A stretch of DNA of 64,000 nucleotides from Azolla caroliniana (taxonomy: Eukaryota; Plantae; Polypodiophyta), in the NCBI GenBank assembly GCA_043228905.1, contig JBHGNT010000129.1:7552-71551 (forward strand). Reading direction: 5' to 3'. The notes below the pieces were generated by a model. That model saw only the letters and a list, made by a program, of their open reading frames with translations. It was not told where the DNA came from and did not search any database. This document shows, piece after piece, positions 53,632 through 64,000 of the stretch. A program made the position numbers and the translations under genes. Position 1 is the first letter of the stretch; each line of letters opens with the position of its first letter.

Positions 53632-56600
53632 ATGGAAGGCGGCAGCAGCGGGCAGCCGGGGATGATGGTGCTGAATGCGCAGAACTACGCCGACTGGAAG
53701 ATAAAGATGGAGGATCTGCTCATTGTTCGGGACCTGTATGAACCGATCGACAGGTCGGAAATACCCAAGGGGGTACTTGAGACGGAATGGAGGCTTCTGA
53801 ACCGGAAAGCCGTTGCAACCATTCGGCAATACGTCGACGTGAGCGTTCTACAACATGTGGCGAACGACACCAACGCATATGAGATGTGGCAGAAGCTGTC
53901 GGGCCTCTACGAGAGGAAGAATGCGTTGAACCGGACCTCCCTGATGAGGAAGATAGTGAACCTCAAGTACCGGGACGGCGAGAATATGGTGGAACACGTA
54001 AGCACGTTCATGGGATTCGTGAACCAGCTTGCGGCGATCAAGTTCCCATTGGAGGATGCAATGCAAGCCATCATTCTGATGTGTACATTGCCGGAAAGCT
54101 GGGAGAACTTGGTGGTGACTCTCAGCACCTCCTGCACCGAAGATAACTTGTCCCTACAAACAGTAAAGACAAGCATTTTGAACGAAGAAGCGCGTCGGAG
54201 AGATAAAGAACCGGCCTCCGATCCGAAGATGCTGCTTACCGAATCGGATCGGGGAAGACAACGGAACCGGAGTCCGCAAAGACGGGAGAAGTCGGGGAGG
54301 AAGGCCCGGTCGTAGTCAAGAGGAAGGCCCACATGCTTCCACTGTGGGAAGCCGGGGCACTTCCGAAAGAATTGTCGGCATTACAGAAAAGACAACGGAG
54401 CCGACGACACCGATTCGAAGAAGTCTTCGGAACGGAACGGTGCTTACCGGGGAGCCACGGACCGGAATGGTTCGGATCGGCGAGGGCAGGACCAGAAAGG
54501 AACGACGGCACTCGCGGCAAGTGAAGAGGAGATCATGCTCATCACCGAAGAAGGTGAACTAAACATTGCCGGCGATGAGACTACCTGGGTGGTCGATTCC
54601 GGAGCGTCGTTCCACCTGACCCCGGAAAGAAGATACTTCTCATCCTACACAGCCGGTGAGCATGGCTGTGTTCGGATGGGAAATGAAGGTACGTGCCGGA
54701 TTGCCGGCATAGGAGATGTATGGTTGACAACCTCGACTGGATGCAAAATGTTACTGAAGGATGTCCGACACGTTCCGGAGGTTCGATTGAACCTGATTTC
54801 GGCCGGGAGGCTAGACGATGAAGGCTACACAGGTAGCATCCGGAACTGCGTAATGAAGTTCAGCAAGGGGAGCCTGATAGTGGCTCGGGCCCGGAAAGTC
54901 AACACACTGTACCTTATGAATGCCTGGTTGTGTCCGGAGGAGTTGAACGTGGCAGCCGACACTACCGGTGAGCTGTGGCACAAGAGACTGTGCCACATGA
55001 GTGAGAAGGGGATGAAGAGGCTTGCAGAAGACAACCTTATTCCAGTGAAGCATGTGCACCTGGAGAAGTGCACCGATTGCCTGGCCGGTAAGCAGAACCG
55101 AACCTCCTTCCACTCAAGGCCACCGACGAGACGTAGCGCACCATTGGAGTTGGTGCACTCTGACGTGTGTCAAGTAGAAACGAAGTCACATGGCGGAGCC
55201 CAGTACTTCGTGACATTCATTGATGACCACAGCCGGAAGCTGTGGACGGCACCGTTGAAGACAAAGGACCAAGTGTTGTGCGTCTTCAAAGAACTCCACG
55301 CGAGAGTGGAAAGGGAATCCGGCAAGAAGCTGAAAGCGATACGAGCGGATAACGGAGGGGAATACCGGGGGCAGTTCAAGGAGTACTGTCGCTCGAAGGG
55401 AATCCGGCTCGAGTTTACTGTGCCGAAGACGCCGGAACTGAACGGGCTGGCCGAGAGGATGAACCAGACCATAATGGAGAGGGTCCGGAGTATGCTGGCG
55501 CATGCGAAATTACCCAAGGGGTTTTGGGCTGAGGCAATGTCGACGGCGACATACGTGATAAACAGATCACCCTCAGTACCTTTGGACGGAGACACGCCGC
55601 AGAGAGTGTGGACCGGTAGGGAAGTATCCTACCGGCACCTGAAGGTGTTCGGGTGTCTCGCATATGTGCATGTGGCAAAGGACCGGAGAGGAAAGCTAGA
55701 TCCAAAGACCCAGCCATGCATATTCCTCGGTTACGGCGATGACGAGTTCGGCTACCGAGTATGGGACCCGGTCGACAAAAAGATATTCCGGAGTCGTGAT
55801 ATCATCTTCATGGAGGACAAGACACTCGCCGACTGGGAGTCGGAGAAGAAGATGAAGAGCTCCAAGTCGACCGGTGAGGATCAACTCTACGAGGACCAGT
55901 CCCGACCGGCAAGGGACCGGTTAGCACTCGAGGATCCGGCCGAAGACGGTGAAGAAACAGAACCGGCCGAGGAAGATGAAACTGATACCGGAACCGGCCC
56001 CTATCCCGAAATGGATTCGGATGAAGAGGAAACGGAGGAGCCGGTTGCCGAAGCTCCGGAACGGAGATATCCTCTAAGAGAGAGAAGGGCCCCCCGGAGA
56101 TTTCCGGAACCAGAGCACGTGCTGCTAACCGACGAGGGGGAGCCGGAGAGTTTTGAAGAAGCAAAGCTTGACACCCATAGCCGCAGGTGGTTAAGTGCCA
56201 TGCAGGAGGAGATGGATTCCCTGCATGAGAACCACACATATAAACTTGTGGAGTTGCCGAAAGGAAAGCGGGCACTTCGAAACAAGTGGGTGTTCAAGCT
56301 GAAACCGGGAGATGCCGGAAACCCCCCGAGATACAAAGCCAGGATCGTGGTGAAGGGGTTCCAGCAGAAGAAGGGCGTCGACTTCGACGAGATATTTGCC
56401 CCGGTAGTGAAGATGACCTCCATCCGGACGGTGCTGAGCATAGCGGCAAGCATGGACCTCGAGGTAGAACAGATGGACGTGAAGACAGCATTCCTTCACG
56501 GTGACCTTGAAGAAGAGATCTACATGCAGCAACCGGAAGGATTCGAGAAGAAAGGGAAGGAGCACCTGGTATGCCGGTTGAAGAAGAGCCTCTACGGACT

Positions 56601-57711
56601 GAAGCAGGCTCCCCGGCAATGGTACCGGAAGTTCGACTCTTTCATGACCGACGAAGGGTACCACAAAACGCAGTCCGATCACTGCGTGTTTGTGAAGAAG
56701 TTCGAAGGAGGAGATTTTCTAATACTCCTCCTGTACGTAGACGACATGTTGATCGTCGGACGGGACCAGGTCAAGATACGGATGCTGAAGAAAGCGCTTC
56801 ACCGAACCTTCTCAATGAAGGACCTGGGTCCGGCGAGGCAAATACTAGGGATGCACATCATCCGGGACCGGAAGAAGAAGCAGTTGTGGCTGTCACAGGA
56901 GAAGTACGTGACAAAGGTGCTTCACCGGTTCAACATGTCGGAAGCAAGACCGGTCGGGTCAACCCTCCCGGCAAACTGCAAGTTGTCCAGCAAGCAAAGC
57001 CCCAAGACAAAGGCTGAGAAGGAGGACATGATGAAAGTACCATATGCCTCTGCCGTCGGAAGCTTGATGTACGCAATGGTGTGTACAAGACCGGACATAG
57101 GATATGCAGTCGGAGTGGTGAGCCGGTACATGAGCAATCCCGGCAAAGAGCACTGGAACGCGGCCAAGTGGATACTCCGATACCTGAAGGGCACGACAAA
57201 TGTGTGCCTCCGATTCGGCTCCAGTAAGCCCGAACTCGACGGCTTTACCGATTCGGATATGTCGGCTGATGCAGATACCAGCCGGTCCACATCAGGGTAT
57301 GTGATGACGTATGCAGGGGGAGCTGTTTCGTGGCAGTCGAGGCTGCAGAAGACGGTTGCGTTGTCAACCACGGAGGCGGAGTACATGGCGGCTGTTGAAG
57401 CCGGCAAGGAAATAATATGGATGAAGGACTTCATTAGAGAGCTCGGTATCCGGCAGGAGGAGTATCGACTCTACTGCGACAGTCAGAGTGCCATCCACCT
57501 TGCGAAGAATGCGGCCTATCACTCCCGGACGAAGCACATCCAGCGAAGATATCACTGGATCCGGGAAAGGATAGAAGACCAAGAGTTCGTGCTGACGAAG
57601 ATCCACACGGACGAGAACGGGTCAGATATGCTGACCAAAGTGCTCACACCCGACAAGCTGGAAGCGTGCCGGAAGAGGGTCGGACTGGAAAGACATCCCA
57701 TGCCGAAGTGA
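53632..57711 (+). pseudogene. copia gag-pol with one in-frame TAG (54313-54315)
   Basis: Single frame: gag, CFHCGKPGHFRKNC, WVVDSGAS, integrase, RT LYVDD, RNase H. Confidence 0.93.
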
Positions 57712-58720
57712 AGGGGGAGTTTGTTGGTATTACGGTCCCTCCGGATGGGATGGTCAGATGTCCAGGAATCGGGAATGAAGACCCGGATGATGAAGACCCG
57801 GTTTCGGATCCGGATGATGAAGACCCGTTTTTTCGGATCCGGATGATGAAGACCCCGGCTACGGAGCCGGATGACGAATGTACCGGAGAGAGATCCGGAT
57901 GCGGGGACATATTTGTGAATATGTTTGCCAAGAGCCCTCTAGGCTATATTTGTAAATAGCCCGAAAGTCATATATGTATAAATATGACTTAGGGCAAACA
58001 GTTTTGGTTGTTGTTGCTCATTTTTCTGTTTTCCACTTAGAGGGAGCGAAGTGAGAGCAGCCGAGAGAGAGAGTGAGAGAGAGAGAAAGGAAGAGGTCGA
58101 CGCCTCTGTGTAATACCGCCGCCTGTGGCGAGGAAAGCGAGCTCAAGGTCGTCGCCTTGCAGCTCGCCATTGTACATTCCCTGCGTATAGTGATAGTTGG
58201 AGTCTTGCACTCCCGTGGTTTTTTTTCCGTCTAGGGTTTTCCACGCTAAACCCTGTGCATTCGAGTCTCTCTCTGTGTTTTCGATTTACTGCTGCATTGA
58301 TCTGTGTTTCCTCGGTTGTGGCCGAGAGGTGAAGGTTTTGAAAGCGTCAATTCCTATCAGGGCTCGATGCCAGTATTGTATCTTATTCTTGTAATATATG
58401 TGTGGAGGGTTTTGTGTATCAATGTCTGTGTGGGTGTTTTGGTGTTCTCTTACCTCCGTTTCTATACATAAGGGCATGAGTTGGGTCTGCGTGGTGTGCG
58501 CGCGCGCGTGTGTGTGTCTGTGTGTGTGTGTGAGTCAGTGGCAAGCGCCGCTCTCTCTCTTTCTCTCTCTCGTTCGGTCGCTTCCGGAACGTGTCCGGAA
58601 TCGTCTTCTCGACTTCCCTTCTTCCCTCGTCCGAGACCCCCATGGTCCCGCCCTTCTACACTCACACGCGTAAAAATGCGACATATTTGGTGAACCCGAC
58701 GTGAAGGGCGGCAAGGGAGG

Positions 58721-60178
58721 ATGGAGTTTGAAGAAGACGACTTCACGCAACTTTTTGTCGAAGCGGTGAGGGAGTTTGGACGAGCAACAACAAGAAGAGA
58801 GATGGCGCAACAAGCTGTCGAATACGTGGTCGAAAGAGTCGGCCGTTTCAACGGGGACAAAGTCCCATCTTACTTGGAAGCCTACAACGCGGAAATGGAG
58901 GAGTGAGACGTGGACGAAGCGTTGAGGTTGGAGTTCTTCTGTAGGGCCGTCGCCATCTGTATGCACGTGGAAGTGAAGGAGCTTCGAGAAGCTCATAGTT
59001 CGTGGGAGACCTTTGAAGAGGCGCTCCAGCAGGCACATGGAGGACGGCAGAAGAGCCGGGAACGACACGACATCGACCAGTGGATACCATCGGCGAAGAC
59101 ACACTGGGGTGCAACGAAGGCGTTCCGAGAGTTCGAGCGACGGCTTGCTCAGCTCCCGAAGCGGGAACAAGGTTTGGTGGGGGCAGACAAAGTCCTATTG
59201 TTCGTCAGGTCGATCGACCAAGTGGAACGGGAGGCCATCGGAATTGAGCTCGAAGACGATGACGGAGCGAATGGGCTTACGGAGGACTGGTCGAAGGTCA
59301 GAAGGGTGTGCCAACAACTAGACGATGAGCGAGCTGAGAAGGCTAAGAGGAAGGCGCGCGACAACGTGCCATCACAGCGGGAAGAGGCCGAACAGCAAAG
59401 AGAGTCGGCAAGGGTCGGCGTTGGGGCCAAGATTGCGGAGGCATACGCAGCTCTCGAGGCGATGCTCGAGGAAGAGGAAAGATCGAAGACGCAAGCCGAT
59501 ACCGAGGAGACGAACTTGCCCCACGTGATGGTAGGAGATCGATACGATGGTGCCACGAGAGAGGGTGCGGAACAAAACGCCCTCTCGACTTGCGGAGATA
59601 GAACGGCCGAGGACGAGGCCGAGATACTGATCGCGGAATCGAAACGTTGGGACCAACGGTTTCGCGCGTGTCAGCCCGAAACCCCGGACATTGGAGAAGC
59701 AAGCCCAGGCGGGGCTTGCGTGATCGGTAAGGAGACGGCCGCCGACCACGAAGAGCCGGTGGCTACGGACAGGGGCGTAAAACGGATGGGCGATTCTTCG
59801 CGTCTTCCCACACTTGCTCCCGAGACGACGGCAGTCGGTCCCGAGTGCCCACGTGAGTCCCAAGAGGAGGAAGGCGGCGGCGAGAGACCAAGAATCACCG
59901 GCGAGACGATACGGGGAAGGAGCGGACGAAAGCCCTCAGACCCGATTCCAGAGAACTCGGCATTCGGGCCCTTATGCCCATGTGAGACCAAGGAGATGGA
60001 TGACGGTATCGAGGAGTCCTGGCACGATGCCAGCGAAGATGGATGGGAGATGACCCGCGAAAAGGTCGAAGAAGTGACCAAGAAGCGACCCGACCGGCGA
60101 CCCGACCGTGCGACGCTCCGATACGGGTGGAGCATAATCCGGTCGTGGATTGTTCGATCGGGGCCAGAATCGGCATGA
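58721..60178 (+). pseudogene. Gag with long acidic/repeat extension (element A), in-frame TGA at 58904
   Basis: VGRFNGDKVPSYLEAYNAEM and GLTEDWSKVRRVC. No CCHC knuckle or protease seen. Confidence 0.85.
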
Positions 60179-62674
60179 AGGTGCCGATACAGGAGAGGGT
60201 GTGGAGCAAGCCACCCTCTAGACTTGCGAAAGAAGGAAGACCCAGGGTAAGGGTCAAAGATACGATGAGCCCAAGGAGGATCCTTCACACCGGTTCTAGA
60301 GACTCTGGCAGTCGGCCCGAGAGCCGGCGTGAGGCCTAGAGCGACGATCGGTGGCGGCGAGGGGACGAAGACAAAGAACTGCAAATGGGCAGTTTGCGAA
60401 GATCCTCACACCGATCCGGCTGTCGGCCCAAGTGCCGGCGTGAGTCCTATAGGAGAGATCGGTGGCGGAAGGTGAATGCGACCAGCCGAAGAGGTTGATA
60501 CGGAGGACGGAGGAGACAAGCGGTGGTGCCGCGTCCTTACACACACCGGCCCTAGAGGCTCCGGTGGTTGGCCGAGTGCCGGCGTGAGACCTAGAGCGAC
60601 GGGCGGTGGCGGCGGCAAGGCGGGCAAACCGAGGTCCCACGAAGATCCTCACACTGATCCGGTTGTCGGCCCGAGTGCCGGCATGAGTCCTATAGGAGAG
60701 ATCGGTGGTGGCAGGTGAACGTGATCGGACAACGGAAGTAGAGAAAGAAGGTATCAGGCCGGCGAGGCGGCTACGAACCGAATCGGACCTACCAGCAAGG
60801 TCATGAGCATAAGGAAGTCCAGTCCTATGGGATCTTCACACCAATTCCGGAGACTCCGACTGTTCGGCCAACGTGGAAACGTAAGACCGAGGGAGAAGGA
60901 AGGTGGCGGCTAGGAACGGGACCCGGCATCGATTAAAGCCGACAACACAGAAGTTGTTTAAGTATGAAACCCTTATCGGCCGGTTACGGTTTCAGAAGGA
61001 GCCGGCAAGGGCAAGTACGGGGAGGTGTGTCGGGCCGGAAAGGCACACCTGGAGCAGAACAAGAGTCGTGCACGTGGCCATCGTGGGCTGGATCGAAGCG
61101 TGACTACGGGACGGTGTTCGGCACGGGCGGTGCCGAACAAAGGAAGCCGAAGACTGTGCAGGGTCGAAGTCCGGAGATGACAAAGAGGTCGGAGGAGGAT
61201 TCTCCACACTCGCTTCGTAAATCTCGGCAGCTCAGTCAGAGCAGCAAAGGCTGGCGCGGCAAGCCCGAGATGACAAGTTGGTGGGGGTGAGGGGACGACG
61301 TCAACTGGAAGACTCAGGACCTGTTGCAGCACCGCAAGACGGAAAGGGCCAAGCGGGCTACTACGGGGTGTGCCTCGGATGTGGAGGACACCGGTATGCG
61401 GATGAGCGGCGATGCACGATCTGGCCGGGAAAGGGCCGACGACGCGTGCAAAGAACCGGAGTGCAGCACAGACGGTGCCAAACAATGGACGAGGATACGC
61501 ACCACACGGAGGTGCCGGAGCTGAAAGGCAAGCGCGAAGATGGGTTGCGCGGTTTGGAGGTCGCGCATAGAAGACCGGAGAAGGATCCTCCACACCGTTC
61601 CGGAGACCTTGGCGGTCCGAGCCGACGTGGCGACGTAAGACCAAGGAGAAGGAAGGTGGTGGCGAGCAGACAAAGGTAGTGGGAAACAACGCAGAACGAC
61701 AATCAGGACCACGTGAATGGTCGACGGAGGCCATGTGGGCCACTACATATGTTCCTCAACCGGAGGACATCGGGCATACGGCGGAGAGCGGAACGTGCAT
61801 ACGGCCGAACAAGGGCCATCGGAAGTACGTGTACTACGGAGATTGCGGCGAAGGACCCATCGACGGGTCGAACGAGCCTACGGGGAGGTAAGCACAAAGG
61901 AAGAACCGAAGCCAACGATTCAAACCGGCAGCGAGCCGGGATGCGGATTACGGAAGACCGCTTTCTCACCGGCCAAAATCTCTCACCCTTCACCGGATTT
62001 GGCACGTACCGATGGACGTGCGGTTTGGTGGGGGTGGATGTCGTGAAGAATTTCGGCCAGAGGCGGAAACCGGGAAATATTGGCTACATCAGTGGGGTGC
62101 AGCATGTGCGCTCACCCTTGTACATTTAGTGTGAATAACGAGGGCGCCTTTATGATGCCGAAGAGTAATCAAGTCGGGACCAGAATCCCATGTAATAAGG
62201 GATTTATCCCACGATGCTACGGATCCCTCTCCTTGTTCTATAAAAGGGAGGGAGCGCCCTTAGTGAAGGGGTTGCCCATTTTTGCATTCGTAGGGTATAC
62301 CGTTGGATTAAGAGACATCATCTCTTTCTCTTTCTCTTCCTCTTGTTTAGGGTTTCGTTTCTTCTTCTTTCCTCTACTTATTCCTCTTCGTCGTTCTGTG
62401 TATCGAGCCGGGGGCATCTAGTGTTTCTATTTTCTGCCCTGTCCTTTGTGCAAGACCCCGCTCGGCGCGACAAGCCCGAGAGCTCCCCAACCGGCGGCTT
62501 GGCAGTAGACGACAGTTGCAACCTGAGCTACTTAGGTTGGGCTCGATGCCAGTATTGTATCTTATTCTTATAATATGTGTGGAGGGTTTTGTGTAGCGGT
62601 GTCTGTGTGGGTGTTTTGGTGTTCTCTTACCTCCGTTTCTATACATAAGGGCGTGAGCTGGGTCGGCGTGGTGC

Positions 62675-62716
<42 letters not shown>

Positions 62717-62884
62717 CTGTGTGTGAGAGAGAGAGTCGGTGTCAAGCGCCGCTCTCTCTCTTTCTCTCTCTCGTTCGGTCGCTTCCGAAACGCGTCCGGA
62801 ATCGTCTTCTCGGCTTCCCTTCTTCCCTCGTCCGAGACCCCCGTGGTCCCGCCCTTCTACACGCACGCGCGTAATAACGCGATA

Positions 62885-63532
62885 GCGTCACCATAGGCGT
62901 GTTCCGCCATTTCTGCCAAAAGCGCAACCGGGCAGTGGCCACGTCATTGGAGTAGTTGCAAACCTCATCTAATTGCCCGCGTAGGCAGTTGATAAGCACA
63001 AACCAGATATCCATGATCACTTCCTCTGGGGGTTGTACCCGATCTTGGAAAACCTTTAAGCAACGTGCTTTCTAGACATACCACAAGGTGAAGCCTGAGA
63101 AAAACCTCCAAATTTCCAGGAACCTAGGGGATGCGGACAAGAAGTCTCTCTTGAAGCGGATCTTGACGATTTTGCCTCCCGTGCATACATAGCACCAAGT
63201 ATCCGCATTAAAGGCGTCCGTCCACCTATCAGTCGAGTGGTAAATCCATGCCGCAACACTCCACAATGCTGTTCCATCCACTTCACATGCCGCAAGGAGG
63301 CAAGTGACTCTGTCCCATACCTTTTGAGCTTGAGGGCAATCCCAAAGAAAGTGTCTCAGAGACTCAATAGGTGAAGAGCAAAGTGGGAAACCTATCGGGC
63401 CGCCCCTTTTACCAAGCCATTCCCCAACGGGAATCACATTGTGACCGATCTACTACCAAAAGAGCTTGATTTTTTCAGGCATGTGGAGACACCAAAAGGT
63501 AATGAGCACCTCGTCAGGGATGCCCAATGTTC
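62885..63532 (-). pseudogene. L1 ORF2 C-terminus (zf-RVT), right part of the split LINE
   Basis: PEKIKLFW..IPVGEWL..C..ESLRHFLWDC..VW. Confidence 0.8.
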
Positions 63533-64000
63533 TGTTGAGAACTCGACGTTCCTTATGTCCGACGCTCGGCCACAACCGAGATTATTTACATACACAGAAA
63601 AACAGGTAATGAAAACGCGACACAAAAGAGGAGAAATGGTACACAGGAGGTATACGTGGAAAACCCCAAACTAGGGGAAAAACCACGGCAACCCACAAGC
63701 TGCAAACTGTCACTATGCAGAAATATACAACAGTGAGATCACCGAGGCAACGACCTCGTGCTCTCAGATCTTCGCCACAGGCGGCGGTTACAACAGAGGC
63801 AACGACCTCGTGTCTCTCTCTCTCTCTCTCTCTCTCTGTACAGTTACGCGCTCTGATTTCTTCTTGCACCAACAAGAAAGAATAACAACAAGAATGACAA
63901 CACAACTAAAAGTTTGCCCTAAGTCATATTTATACCAATATGACTTTTCGGCTATTTACAAATGTAGCCTCGATGGGCTCCATCCGGCTCTCAGCAGTCG
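63533..64000 (-). mobile_element. Copia-type LTR (3' or solo), runs off window
   Basis: Reverse complement shares CTCGGTTGTGGCCGAG, CTAGTTTGGGGTTTTCCACG and the TATA-hairpin block with the 52963 LTR. Ends TCAACA with no adjacent PBS. Confidence 0.75.

Larger units (their letters stand above)
52963..58359 (+). mobile_element. Young Ty1/copia (Tnt1/Tork-like) retrotransposon
   Basis: 638-bp LTRs 52963-53600 and 57722-58359 (about 6 differences by eye). TSD GGGCT. PBS TGGTATCAGAGC at 53604. PPT GAAGGGGGAG. Confidence 0.97.
45537..62884 (+). mobile_element. Gypsy element A: gag-only non-autonomous LTR retrotransposon whose 5' LTR is split by two insertions
   Basis: 5' LTR pieces 45537-45656, 52574-52962 and 58360-58683. 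3' LTR 62039-62884. PBS-Trp at 58688. PPT GGTGGGGGTGGA. TSD GCGA/GCGT. No pol motifs seen internally. Confidence 0.9.

Noticed and set aside
54313-54315. Programmed gag-pol stop readthrough in the copia
   Set aside because: The stop lies before the zinc knuckle, and Tnt1-like elements use one ORF. A CAG>TAG mutation is simpler.
44381-62896. Numerous short overlapping ORFs in LTRs and antisense to gag/pol
   Set aside because: Expected in GC-rich young TE sequence; no recognisable domains.
63440-63460. LTR start TGTGACC
   Set aside because: The sequence is in-frame L1 zf-RVT on the minus strand; the real LTR boundary is 63533.

Overview
This is land-plant nuclear DNA, probably from a non-seed plant judging by the Trp-primed, Phygy-like Ty3/gypsy elements (inference). 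It holds two spliced host genes on the minus strand: the 5' end of an AAGAB/p34-like gene (1-973) and a complete 4-exon BPP-type Ser/Pro-rich microtubule-associated gene (7291-11018). The remaining ~50 kb is almost all transposable-element derived. (i) A 4.4-kb hAT element (18127-22500) has perfect 21-bp TIRs, a perfect 8-bp TSD and a ZNF862-like transposase broken by one stop. It carries a full-length ubiquitin-RPS27a gene antisense, apparently inside the transposase 5'UTR intron. (ii) There are several hAT-type MITEs. (iii) A decayed Ty1/copia (23838-29514) contains a gypsy solo LTR. (iv) A deep nest runs from 41.4 to 64 kb: an L1 LINE is split by a gag-only gypsy, whose 5' LTR is split by a full-length gypsy and by a young Tnt1-like copia. 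The best candidates for novelty are the ubiquitin-carrying hAT, an apparent CpG-centred 4-bp target preference (mostly RCGY) of the TGTCGT-ended, tRNA-Trp-primed gypsy group, and gag-only partners with a repeat-extended Gag. All calls were made by eye; no searches were run.
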